64,000 nucleotides of DNA from Escherichia phage PNJ1902. The stretch's first letter is position 1; the number at the start of each line of letters is the position of its first letter. Both the position numbers and the translations under genes were made by a program. Where the stretch lies: sequence record OK254197.1. One strand, given 5' to 3'. The notes beneath the pieces were generated by a model that did not search any database, was not told the origin of the DNA, and worked only from the letters and a program-made list of their open reading frames with translations. This document shows positions 31,033-39,097 of this stretch, piece after piece.

Positions 31033-31040
31033 AAATTTAC

Positions 31041-31069
31041 TTGCTTAAATACTTAAATTTCTGTATAAT
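31041..31069 (+). promoter_or_regulatory. sigma70 promoter (T5 early type)
   Basis: TTGCTT-17-TATAAT. Confidence 0.65.
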
Positions 31070-31100
31070 ACTTCCATAAACTAATGAGAGGAAGCGAAAT

Positions 31101-31271
31101 ATGAAATCAGTTGTAATTATTGGTGTTAACACTCGCGGTATTCGTACTACGAAAACTGTTAAAACATCTAACGTGGCTGAAATTACTACTAACCCTAAAA
31201 AGTTTGATTTCGCCAAAGTCTCGGCAGTTATGACAGAACAATCTTTTAACCAAGCGTTAGGAATGAAATAA
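31101..31271 (+). CDS. Small hypothetical protein
   Basis: 56 aa ORF with RBS GAGGAAG, below 60-aa table cutoff. Confidence 0.4.
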   Translation: MKSVVIIGVNTRGIRTTKTVKTSNVAEITTNPKKFDFAKVSAVMTEQSFNQALGMK

Positions 31272-31714
31272 TGGAAGAGAATATTTTAGATGTTTTGCGT
31301 AGAGCTTTGCAGGATTCTAAGTTTAATGGTTCTGATAAAGAAGTCGCTAAAAGCTACCAGACCATAATCGGGGATCTTCAGCGTATTGATAAAGATTTCA
31401 TCACTTCTGAACAATTTGTGTCTTATCTCAAAGCTCAACTAAAAAGCATTAACCAGATGAAAGCTAAACTTCATGGTCAAGATCTTGATAGTTATAGCTT
31501 GCAGTCTGCTCAGTATGAGTACATTCTAAATAAATGGTTGCAGGAGTATCTGCCTCCTCAGTTATCTGATACTGAGATTCGTAAATACTTTGCAGAATTA
31601 GTTAAGCTAAACCCTGGAATTACAAAGGGTATGCTGATGAAAGCGATTAAGGAAGAATTTCCTGGGCGTTATGATGGCGGTACTGCTGCTCAGATTGCTG
31701 GCGAATTTAATTAA
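31271..31714 (+). CDS. GatB/YqeY-domain protein
   Basis: 147 aa; C-terminal ...MLMKAIKEEFPGRYDGGTAAQIAGEF typical of YqeY family. Confidence 0.5.
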   Translation: MEENILDVLRRALQDSKFNGSDKEVAKSYQTIIGDLQRIDKDFITSEQFVSYLKAQLKSINQMKAKLHGQDLDSYSLQSAQYEYILNKWLQEYLPPQLSDTEIRKYFAELVKLNPGITKGMLMKAIKEEFPGRYDGGTAAQIAGEFN

Positions 31715-31722
31715 AAATTTAT

Positions 31723-31751
31723 TTGCTAAATGCCTTTAAATTCTGTATAAT
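31723..31751 (+). promoter_or_regulatory. sigma70 promoter (T5 early type)
   Basis: TTGCTA-17-TATAAT; fires into ~800-bp ORF-free segment. Confidence 0.7.
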
Positions 31752-31973
31752 ATATTCATAAATTAGGGAACAGCGAGCCGATTACGCTGAGTGCAGAATC
31801 CCAACCGGAGCGCATTGAATAGAGTCGGTGGGTTAGTTGTAAAACTAGTACACAGGGGGCGGCAATCCCGGTTAGTGGCTAGAACGTGTAAAATGAGGCG
31901 TCTGAAACCTCTCCCCTAAACTCTTCTCTAATTTATAAATAGTGGGGTGTGGAAATCACTTATGTAGTAACAC

Positions 31974-32047
31974 TGCCGTCCTAGTATAATTGGTATTATC
32001 AAGCCGTAACTGGTGGAAGATGTAGGTTCGAATCCTACGGTCGGTAA
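31974..32047 (+). ncRNA. tRNA-like element (degenerate)
   Basis: GTAGGTTCGAATCCTAC T-arm and 6/7 bp acceptor pairing, tRNA-sized, but no clean D or anticodon arm. Confidence 0.25.
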
Positions 32048-32548
32048 GAACTGGATAACTGGTGCTTTTAATGTAAAAGCTTCCGAGGTTAGTTGCGCAC
32101 TGCCTAAACCACGCGGTAGTTGGTTCCAGACTAGCCAACCAGTCTGCTGAATAGTTTTATTACGATTTAACTATGTCCAGACTAAAGAAGAACTTTAGAA
32201 GGTATTCTAGGATAGTGAAGTTCTTTCTCCATATCGGAGTAGTTTTTCAAGCTATCCACAAAGTGGGAAATGCTGACATGAGAGATGTCACTAATGGTGC
32301 ACAATAGCACAGGTAATTCGCGATAATTCCTGTTGAGTAGCAGCAAAAGGCGGGAAGTCATGACCCCAAGCCTAACCGAGTCCTCAATATACCGCAGGAC
32401 ATAACCACTAAGTCACCCTGACTTAAACTGGAAAATAATAGACGTTACCGTATTTTGTCTTGAAATACTTAATGAGTGAGACTTATGACTCTCCCGGTAT
32501 CGTCTGTATTTTTAAGAGTTTTTACGAGAGTTCTTAAAAATACTTAAA

Positions 32549-32623
32549 CGGGGTGTAGTCTAAGGGAGAGGCAGGAGTCTTCTAAATTCCTTTATGCAGG
32601 TTCGAATCCTGTCACCTCGGCCA
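32549..32623 (+). tRNA. tRNA-Arg (anticodon UCU), tentative
   Basis: Hand fold: acceptor CGGGGTG/CACCTCG, anticodon stem GGAGT/ATTCC loop CTTCTAA, T-arm GCAGG-TTCGAAT-CCTGT, encoded CCA. Confidence 0.45.
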
Positions 32624-32657
32624 ATTTTATTAACTGTAACTAAAACAAAGGAAATAT

Positions 32658-33605
32658 ATGTTTGCTACTAAAAACACTAAAGAACTGACTTATGAGCAAA
32701 AATTAATGCGTAATATCAAACGTTGGGGTATTGGGGCTGCAGTTGGTTTGGTAGGTTTAGTTCTGGCTCTTAACTCTTACACTGTTGTTCAAGACGGTAC
32801 TGTTAAAACCCAGACTTTCCTGGGTAAAGTTGACCCTAGCCCAGTATTACCCGGCTTTCATATTGTAAATCCTTTTGCTTCTTTCGATACTTTTAGTACT
32901 AAAGATATTGCTCTAAAATTAGATAAACTTCAGGTTCCTAGTCAGGATAAGTTTAAATCCACTGTTGACCTGACTGTTATGTTGCAGTTTGATGGTTCTA
33001 AGGCACCGATTAACCGTATTAATGCAGGTACTCAGGATCAAGCATTAGACAAATATGTAACTGAAAAATTACTGTCTACTATTCGTGAGTTTGGTAAGTC
33101 TGTACCTAAAGCACAAGATTTATTTGATGCTAAAATTCAGGCTCAATTGCAAACCGCAATTCAACAGGAAGTTGAAGAGTATGCACGCCCATATGGTTAC
33201 ACAGTTAAGCAGGTGTTTCTTCAGGATATTACTTTGCCACCGGTAATCATGGAACAGGTACAGAATACCAAAGTTCGTGAAGAGCAAGTTAACGCTGCGA
33301 AAGCTGAACTTGCCCGCGTTGAACAGGAAGCACAGCAAAAAGTTAAACAAGCAGAAGCAGATCGTGAAGCTCGCAACAACCAAGCTATTGCTAATGAACG
33401 TGACGCAGATGCTAAACTGTACGCAGCTAAGAAAGAAGCTGAAGCTAACGCCGCACTGCAACGTACCATTACTCCTGAGATGATTCGTTGGAAACAACTG
33501 GAAGTTGAAATGATTCGTGCTCAGAAGTATCAAGGTGGTGTACCTCAGACTGTAGTTGGCACTGGCTATGATGGTCAAATGATTATGGATATGCGTAACA
33601 AGTAA
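32658..33605 (+). CDS. SPFH/band-7 (prohibitin-like) membrane protein
   Basis: 315 aa; N-terminal TM helix, SPFH-like core, C-terminal Ala/Gln/Glu coiled coil. Confidence 0.55.
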   Translation: MFATKNTKELTYEQKLMRNIKRWGIGAAVGLVGLVLALNSYTVVQDGTVKTQTFLGKVDPSPVLPGFHIVNPFASFDTFSTKDIALKLDKLQVPSQDKFKSTVDLTVMLQFDGSKAPINRINAGTQDQALDKYVTEKLLSTIREFGKSVPKAQDLFDAKIQAQLQTAIQQEVEEYARPYGYTVKQVFLQDITLPPVIMEQVQNTKVREEQVNAAKAELARVEQEAQQKVKQAEADREARNNQAIANERDADAKLYAAKKEAEANAALQRTITPEMIRWKQLEVEMIRAQKYQGGVPQTVVGTGYDGQMIMDMRNK

Positions 33606-33630
33606 TAGTTACACGTAATCTTCGAACTAA

Positions 33631-33662
33631 GCCCGCGTTTTCTCCGAGAGCGCGGGCTTTTC
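33631..33662 (+). terminator. Intrinsic terminator
   Basis: GCCCGCG...CGCGGGC hairpin + TTTT. Confidence 0.7.
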
Positions 33663-33683
33663 TGTATTTAAGGCAAAAGAAAA

Positions 33684-33712
33684 AGCCCCTAAGTCTTTCG
33701 ACTAGGGGCTTT
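33684..33712. terminator. Bidirectional hairpin terminator candidate
   Basis: AGCCCCTAAG...CTAGGGGCT flanked by A-run upstream and T downstream; lies between convergent genes. Confidence 0.5.
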
Positions 33713-33929
33713 ACTGTTTGGTTCTTTAGAACCATATACTCTTGTTACAGCAACCACCCATACGGGAGGCCAATCTTGACTGAAAATCTACTCTAGGGGG
33801 CAGGATAAGAGTAGGCTTAAAGGCAAACGGATTGAACGCCGGTATTTGCGTAAACATTGCTGGAGAGCAACAACGTGCTACAGGCATTGGGCAGCACGAA
33901 ACAGATTTTCTGCAACACATAATTCCTCC

Positions 33930-34346
33930 TTAGGAGTTATTACCACCATTTTGAGCTTTTGCAACTTGGCTTTGGCAGAAGCTATTAAACTTACCCATAA
34001 GTGATACAAGCTGCTTCCCATCCTCTGTCTTTGCGAAGTCTTCGAAAAGGGCTAGTACTGCCTGTCCTTCCGCAGAAACCTGCGGTTGTTGGGTTTGTTG
34101 CTGAACTTGCTGCTGCGGCATCTGTTGCTGCATTTGTTGGGGCATTTGCGACTGCCCGCTCATTTGCTGCATCATTTGCATAGGACTCACACTTCCAGGG
34201 TTTTGCTGGAGTTGTTGCTGCATCTGTTGCGCTTCTGCTAAACGCTGTTGCAATTGTTGTAAGTAGGGGTTATCCAGACCCGGAATGGGCTGCTGGGAGC
34301 CCATACTTTGATTAAGTCCGTTATTTACAAAACCATATTTACTCAT
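33930..34346 (-). CDS. Gln-rich low-complexity protein
   Basis: 138 aa; long Q/M-rich repeats. Confidence 0.45.
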   Translation of the reverse strand: MSKYGFVNNGLNQSMGSQQPIPGLDNPYLQQLQQRLAEAQQMQQQLQQNPGSVSPMQMMQQMSGQSQMPQQMQQQMPQQQVQQQTQQPQVSAEGQAVLALFEDFAKTEDGKQLVSLMGKFNSFCQSQVAKAQNGGNNS

Positions 34347-34367
34347 AATGGGCTCCTCCCCTTAATA

Positions 34368-35354
34368 TTAAGCCGGCAGTTTAGCCTGCAGACCAGCCAG
34401 AGTCTGAGTGATAGCACCAAGACTTAAAGCGATTTGATTAATTACCTGACCGTTAGCACCACTACCCGCAGCGATTGCTTCACGTAGGCGACATGCGTCT
34501 AACTCGTCCTGGATACGTGCAGTAGTTACACCAGCGATCGCAGTCTGAAGTTCACAGCAACATTCAGCGATCTGACGTTCCAGAGAGTTCTGGTTAGCAC
34601 ACATCTGAGCCTGAACAGCGGCAAACTGGTTATTAGTTTGTAAAGTCTGCTGGAAAGCGATCTGTGCAGAATCAAACTTATCTTGTGCACGAGCTATCTG
34701 GTTAGCTGCGAAAGATTGATCAATCTGGCGAGAAAGATCGAACTGACCCTGAATAACGTTGCGAGTTTCCTGGCAGATCTGATTAGACAGATTAGCACCT
34801 GTACCATAGATCGTAGTTAGTACAGACTGAGTATCACGGCTCTGGTTTTGGGATGTCTGGCTAAAACCATTGTTAACTGCGCTTAAAACAGCCCCAGTAC
34901 CCTGGTTAGCTTCTGTACGAGTAGTGTTAATAGCTGCTAGAATACTAGCGGTATCTTGATTCTGAAGTACTGCATCAACTGCGCTACCATCACCAACTAC
35001 ACCACGTCCACCGAATCCACCGAAACCACCGAATCCGCCTGTTAATAGAGCACCGATTAGGATAGCTCCGAATAGTCCCATACCTTCACCACCGAAAGCA
35101 CCTGCGTTTGCTGGGTAACCACCTAGTAGGCCAGGGAAGCCACTAGTGAATACGTTTACTGGTTCTTGCATTTTATGTTTTCCATGTTTATGACAATGTT
35201 CATCATCGTCATCTTCTTCATCATCATGTTCACGATGTTTTTCTTCGTAGGCTCTGACCTTCTCCCACTTTTTCTTATCTGATTCCTCGTGACGGTGCAG
35301 TTCTGCTGCAACGCTAGCGACGGTCTCAGGACTCTTAGCTACTTCTTCTGTCAT
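34368..35354 (-). CDS. Gly-rich membrane-associated hypothetical protein
   Basis: 328 aa; acidic/His-rich N-terminus, GGFGGFGGFGG glycine-zipper segment, Q/A-rich coiled region. Confidence 0.5.
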   Translation of the reverse strand: MTEEVAKSPETVASVAAELHRHEESDKKKWEKVRAYEEKHREHDDEEDDDDEHCHKHGKHKMQEPVNVFTSGFPGLLGGYPANAGAFGGEGMGLFGAILIGALLTGGFGGFGGFGGRGVVGDGSAVDAVLQNQDTASILAAINTTRTEANQGTGAVLSAVNNGFSQTSQNQSRDTQSVLTTIYGTGANLSNQICQETRNVIQGQFDLSRQIDQSFAANQIARAQDKFDSAQIAFQQTLQTNNQFAAVQAQMCANQNSLERQIAECCCELQTAIAGVTTARIQDELDACRLREAIAAGSGANGQVINQIALSLGAITQTLAGLQAKLPA

Positions 35355-35419
35355 TTTTTAACACCTCCTAGTATATAGAAAATGTGTGTCTCTTTGATCA
35401 CTCATCCATAACATATACT

Positions 35420-35447
35420 TTACACTACCCCAACAAAAATGTCAAGG
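35420..35447 (-). promoter_or_regulatory. Putative sigma70 promoter
   Basis: RC: TTGACA-17-TAAAGT. Confidence 0.35.
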
Positions 35448-35561
35448 GGTCTTTAAAAATTGCCCCCGGATTTTTAGTGGGGTCACAAATTTTGGTCCTC
35501 ACCACTTATCTGCTACCCTTAAGTGCCCTATGATTTTCCTCTAAAAAGTTAAAAATTTTGA

Positions 35562-35590
35562 TTGCTTGAATGCTAAATTCTCTGTATAAT
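35562..35590 (+). promoter_or_regulatory. sigma70 promoter (T5 early type)
   Basis: TTGCTT-17-TATAAT + ATAAATTTGAGAGAGG leader. Confidence 0.7.
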
Positions 35591-35620
35591 ATATCTATAA
35601 ATTTGAGAGAGGAATAAGAT

Positions 35621-36139
35621 ATGAATGTTGATGAGCTAACACAGCACCTCTTATCTAGAGGATTTGATACAGATAAATATCATTGCTGGTTAAGCCCGGA
35701 AGGGTGGCTAACAGTCCCATTGTATGACTTCTCTGGGATGTTGCGGGGCTATCAGACGTATAATCCTTCTGCTCCAAAAGGGCATGGTAAGTGCCCCTTT
35801 GAGGCTAAATATTTTACCTACTCCACTACACAGTGTGTATGGGGACTAGAAACTCTCAATGGAGATGAAAAAGTAGTATTGATTGCTGAATCTGTATTTA
35901 AGGCAGTTGCATTACATAATGCTGGTTATCCAGCCCTAGCAATGTTGGGTTCTACCCCAGGAAAAGCGTTATTAAAGCAACTGAAATTACTACCTTTTAA
36001 ATTGGTAGCTGTCGGGGATAATGATCCTGCGGGTGAAAAATTTGCTAGAAAATTGAACGGCTTTGTTTCTCCTGTAGATGTGGATGAGATGTCTACCGAA
36101 AACTTGAAAAATTTTCTTGCTATGAAGCTAAATTTCTAA
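35621..36139 (+). CDS. Toprim-domain protein
   Basis: 172 aa; conserved Glu (LIAES) and DxD (GDNDPAG). Confidence 0.5.
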   Translation: MNVDELTQHLLSRGFDTDKYHCWLSPEGWLTVPLYDFSGMLRGYQTYNPSAPKGHGKCPFEAKYFTYSTTQCVWGLETLNGDEKVVLIAESVFKAVALHNAGYPALAMLGSTPGKALLKQLKLLPFKLVAVGDNDPAGEKFARKLNGFVSPVDVDEMSTENLKNFLAMKLNF

Positions 36140-36160
36140 TATAATATATCTTATAAATTC

Positions 36161-36249
36161 GGAAGAATAGCATAACGGTATTGCAGCAGATTGCTAATCT
36201 GTCGGTTTGAAATATAGCCTTGTGGGTTCGATTCCCACTTCTTCCGCCA
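36161..36249 (+). tRNA. tRNA-Ser (anticodon GCU), class II
   Basis: Hand fold: acceptor GGAAGAA/TTCTTCC, loop TTGCTAA, long variable arm, T-arm GTGGG-TTCGATT-CCCAC, CCA encoded. Confidence 0.55.
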
Positions 36250-36255
36250 GATTTT

Positions 36256-36333
36256 GGTTCTCAAGCTCATATGGTATGAGCACCCGGCTCATAACCGGAA
36301 GGTACGTAGGTTCGAATCCTCGGGGAGCCACCA
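36256..36333 (+). tRNA. tRNA with CAU anticodon (Met/Ile2), tentative
   Basis: Acceptor GGTTCTC/GGGAGCC (2 GU), loop CTCATAA, TTCGAAT T-loop with weak 3-bp T-stem. Confidence 0.45.
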
Positions 36334-36351
36334 ATTAAATAGAGGTCACAA

Positions 36352-36540
36352 ATGGATCTATATATAGTTTATGTTGTGTTTATTCAAGATAGAGAATACC
36401 CGGATGAATATAAAAAAGGATATAGGCTAGCCAGAGCTACCTCTGAAGCCCAAGCTATGGATAAAGTGGCAGATTATATGATTACGGTAGAAAACGTACA
36501 CTATATAGACTACCTCGAAGCCTCAAAAGTAATTGACTAA
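36352..36540 (+). CDS. Hypothetical protein
   Basis: 62 aa ORF. Confidence 0.45.
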   Translation: MDLYIVYVVFIQDREYPDEYKKGYRLARATSEAQAMDKVADYMITVENVHYIDYLEASKVID

Positions 36541-36549
36541 GGAGACTAT

Positions 36550-36735
36550 ATGTCCAAGTTTCAAGAACTCAAGCAAGAGCTAGAAGAATGTGCCTGCCCT
36601 GAGTGTAGGGGAATTGGTGAAAGTTCTGATGCAGAAGCAGGAGATACTTTTTGCAATATCTGGGTTTGCCCAAATTGCAGTGGTACAGGTATTAATCCTA
36701 ACTGTGGTATTTCCCTAGATATTGAACGAGGATAA
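36550..36735 (+). CDS. Cys-rich small protein
   Basis: 61 aa; CxxC...CxxC pattern. Confidence 0.45.
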   Translation: MSKFQELKQELEECACPECRGIGESSDAEAGDTFCNIWVCPNCSGTGINPNCGISLDIERG

Positions 36736-36836
36736 TACCTATGAAACTAAAAGATTATTATATTGGTTGGTTTGTGGGACTAGTAGTAGGATTTTCACTA
36801 GGCTATAATATGTATCAACTAATAAACTGATTACAC

Positions 36837-36913
36837 GGGGGTGTAATCGAATTGGCATAGGTACTGGACTTAAAATTCAGGTTTTGTGGGTTCGAATCCC
36901 ACCACCCCTACCA
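36837..36913 (+). tRNA. tRNA with apparent UAA anticodon but class I (short variable arm) architecture
   Basis: Acceptor GGGGGTG/CACCCCT, anticodon stem CTGGA/TTCAG loop CTTAAAA, 5-nt variable loop, T-arm GTGGG-TTCGAAT-CCCAC, CCA encoded. Confidence 0.45.
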
Positions 36914-37088
36914 AATTAAGGAAATAAGATGTATAGACATCCACCTCCGCCAACACGTCGTTCTAGGGAAGTTATCCTCATGGAATTGACTAAAAACTTC
37001 AAGGCAACTCTTGAAGACAGAGATCTAGGCACGGATGAAGACATTGATTTTATTTGTAGACTATTAAAGATGAAACTGGAGAAAAAAC

Positions 37089-37295
37089 ATGGCTAATCCT
37101 GAAATTACAGCACAACGTTTCATGCTTAAAGGCATGATTGCTGAGGCAGGTATAACTCAAGAGGTTGCAGATTTTCATAAGCAATTTCTTGACATTATAA
37201 CTCTAGCTAAAGAGACTGGAGAAAAAGAGCATGGAGCGGCAATTATGGCTATATCTCTTATTAGTCTAGACTTGGCTGAAGAATCTGGAATTTAG
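37089..37295 (+). CDS. Hypothetical protein
   Basis: 68 aa ORF. Confidence 0.45.
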   Translation: MANPEITAQRFMLKGMIAEAGITQEVADFHKQFLDIITLAKETGEKEHGAAIMAISLISLDLAEESGI

Positions 37296-37325
37296 CTCCT
37301 CCAAACAGAATTTTTAAAAATGTAC

Positions 37326-37355
37326 TTGCCTTTTGCTTTAAATTTCTGATATAAT
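37326..37355 (+). promoter_or_regulatory. sigma70 promoter
   Basis: TTGCCT-18-TATAAT. Confidence 0.6.
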
Positions 37356-37385
37356 AGTTATATAAATTGATGAAGGAGTTAATGA

Positions 37386-37661
37386 ATGCAAAATCGTGTT
37401 ATAGCAGCTGGTATTGAAAGTGCAATCTGTAAATCCTGGGAAGGCTGGGAAGGTGAGATTGAATGGCTTTATTTCTACGATGTAGAACTTCTGCCGGAAA
37501 TTAAAGCTAAATGTATTGAAGCTGGCATGGCTCCAGATGCAAAAGCTGATATTGATATTTCAATGTCTGAACTTAAAGGTCGTGTAATTACTGTTAGTGA
37601 TGAGGGCGAAGAAGTTTTCGAACTTCCGTTCTCCTTAACTGTCGCTCCTAAGTTCGACTAA
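37386..37661 (+). CDS. Hypothetical protein
   Basis: 91 aa ORF with RBS AAGGAG. Confidence 0.5.
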   Translation: MQNRVIAAGIESAICKSWEGWEGEIEWLYFYDVELLPEIKAKCIEAGMAPDAKADIDISMSELKGRVITVSDEGEEVFELPFSLTVAPKFD

Positions 37662-37692
37662 CTAATACAGCACTGAGCAAGTTCTTTAAAAT

Positions 37693-37726
37693 TTGACTTG
37701 CTCAGTGCCTTAAAACTTGGTATAAT
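37693..37726 (+). promoter_or_regulatory. sigma70 promoter driving tRNA cluster
   Basis: TTGACT/TTGCTC-17-TATAAT. Confidence 0.65.
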
Positions 37727-37793
37727 AGTTATCTAATTTGGAAACATATTTAAAAGTGTTTAAATTAGAATTTTTTTGAATACTTCTAAATAT

Positions 37794-37881
37794 GGGGAAA
37801 TATTCTGTAAGTGGTAGCAGAGCTGACTGTAAATCAGTTGTCATTGCGACTCGGGTGGTTCGACTCCATCTTTCCCCACCA
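37794..37881 (+). tRNA. tRNA-Tyr (anticodon GUA), class II
   Basis: Acceptor GGGGAAA/TTTCCCC, loop CTGTAAA, ~15-nt variable arm, T-loop TTCGACT, CCA. Confidence 0.6.
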
Positions 37882-37887
37882 ATTTAA

Positions 37888-37964
37888 GTCCTGTTAGACA
37901 AACTGGTAAAGTCACTACCCTTTCAAGGTAGGATTTGCGGGTTCGATCCCCGCACAGGACGCCA
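37888..37964 (+). tRNA. tRNA-Glu (anticodon UUC)
   Basis: Acceptor GTCCTGT/ACAGGAC, anticodon stem CTACC/GGTAG loop CTTTCAA, T-arm GCGGG-TTCGATC-CCCGC, CCA. Confidence 0.65.
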
Positions 37965-37972
37965 ATTCCTGC

Positions 37973-38049
37973 ATTCCTAGAGTGTTACTGGACAGCATGT
38001 CGGTCTCCAAAACCGTACGGTCTAGGTTCGAGTCCTAGTAGGTTTGCCA
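37973..38049 (+). tRNA. tRNA-Trp (anticodon CCA), acceptor stem with two U-U mismatches
   Basis: Anticodon arm CGGTCTCCAAAACCG as in E. coli tRNA-Trp; T-arm CTAGG-TTCGAGT-CCTAG; acceptor ATTCCTA/TAGGTTT. Confidence 0.5.
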
Positions 38050-38055
38050 AAATTT

Positions 38056-38130
38056 GCACCTTTAGCTGAGATGGATTAGCGCTTGCCTGAAGAGCTTGAG
38101 AGGTTCGTTCGATACGAACAGGGTGCACCA
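38056..38130 (+). tRNA. tRNA-Phe (anticodon GAA), tentative
   Basis: Acceptor GCACCTT/AGGGTGC, loop CTGAAGA at canonical position, anticodon stem with two U-U mismatches, T-arm GTTCG-TTCGATA-CGAAC. Confidence 0.45.
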
Positions 38131-38147
38131 ATTTGAAGGAGCTGCTT

Positions 38148-38420
38148 ATGCATCCTGAAAACTTCTTTATTTACTGCGCGGATAAGTCGCTGAAACGTAG
38201 AATTAACAAAGTCTATCATTATCGTGCTAGTCAACAGCCTTATGTATACGCTTTTGACGGTGATCACATTCCATTAGAACAATTATCTTGTGATTACATG
38301 ATATTGAAGAACTTTGACGAGACAAAGATCTCAAGCGTTCACAATCGACAGAATCCATTAACGTGGAAATATAAGAAGAAAAAGAAAGGCATCAAATTCT
38401 TAAAAAATGTAGTTGCTTAG
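38148..38420 (+). CDS. Hypothetical protein
   Basis: ~90 aa from ATG 38148 with RBS AAGGAG (table start 38133 is TTG). Confidence 0.5.
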   Translation: MHPENFFIYCADKSLKRRINKVYHYRASQQPYVYAFDGDHIPLEQLSCDYMILKNFDETKISSVHNRQNPLTWKYKKKKKGIKFLKNVVA

Positions 38421-38441
38421 TTTCCAAAAGTTCTGTATAAT
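38413..38441 (+). promoter_or_regulatory. sigma70 promoter
   Basis: TTGCTT-17-TATAAT. Confidence 0.65.
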
Positions 38442-38489
38442 AATTACATAAATTGAACTGGAGAAGCAACATGATAGAATAAGATAAAT

Positions 38490-38565
38490 CGACCGTTGGC
38501 TGAATGGCTTAGGCGAAGGATTGCAAATCCTTTTTATGTGAGTTCAAATCTCATGCGGTCGTCCA
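38490..38565 (+). tRNA. tRNA-Cys (anticodon GCA)
   Basis: Acceptor CGACCGT/GCGGTCG, anticodon stem AAGGA/TCCTT loop TTGCAAA, T-loop TTCAAAT, CCA. Confidence 0.6.
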
Positions 38566-38717
38566 ATTTGCTGAAAGAATTGTTTTAACAATTCAGGCAC
38601 GCGTAGGAACACTGTCTCCGTAATTGAAAGATGAGGCACGGTTTGGAGAGGTATGCCGCTACACGCTACGGTGCTAACTCCGTCTAGGTGAAAATCCTAG
38701 TCAGCAATATAAATTTA

Positions 38718-38800
38718 GGGTCGTTAGCCAAGCGGTTTGGCGGTGGACTGTTAATCCATGTCGAAAGACAACGTAGGTTCGAATCCTACACGGCCCGCCA
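38718..38800 (+). tRNA. tRNA with class II architecture (13-nt variable arm, G73) but apparent GUU anticodon
   Basis: Acceptor GGGTCGT/ACGGCCC, 3-bp D stem, anticodon stem GTGGA/TCCAT loop CTGTTAA, variable hairpin GTC-GAAA-GAC, T-arm GTAGG-TTCGAAT-CCTAC. Confidence 0.4.
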
Positions 38801-38902
38801 AATTCTGTGTAGAGTTAAGTAAACCGGTAGCCAACCAGCTATCATTGCTGACATCGAATTCAGCCACAGATACCATTTTCATTAATAACTGAGGAAACAA
38901 GC

Positions 38903-39088
38903 ATGTCCAAGAATGTAATTGCGCAGCTAGAAGTTCATCGTGATAGCACTATCAACAATATTGAAGTTGAGAAGAAATACATCGAAGAACTTAAACATGA
39001 TATACTAGTAAGTCTTAATCGTCTTAATGTACGAAAAGAGTTTCTTAAGGAACTTAATGCAGCTATTGAAAAACTCAAAGCTGAGTAA
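38903..39088 (+). CDS. Hypothetical protein
   Basis: 61 aa ORF with RBS GAGGAAACAAGC. Confidence 0.45.
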   Translation: MSKNVIAQLEVHRDSTINNIEVEKKYIEELKHDILVSLNRLNVRKEFLKELNAAIEKLKAE

Positions 39089-39097
39089 ATGAATTAT

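Noticed and set aside
33120-33578. 152-aa and 82-aa minus-strand ORFs inside the SPFH gene
   Set aside because: Antisense to the repetitive Ala/Gln-rich coiled-coil codons of the plus-strand gene; low-complexity artefacts.
33726-33920. 64-aa Cys-rich minus-strand ORF
   Set aside because: Lies in the inter-terminator spacer with no RBS; composition implausible; more likely untranslated 3' region of the convergent genes.
38575-38717. Possible tRNA in the spacer between tRNA-Cys and the GUU tRNA
   Set aside because: The only T-arm-like hairpin (CTAGG-TGAAAAT-CCTAG) lacks the TTC signature and no acceptor stem pairs on either strand; left as an unassigned transcribed spacer.
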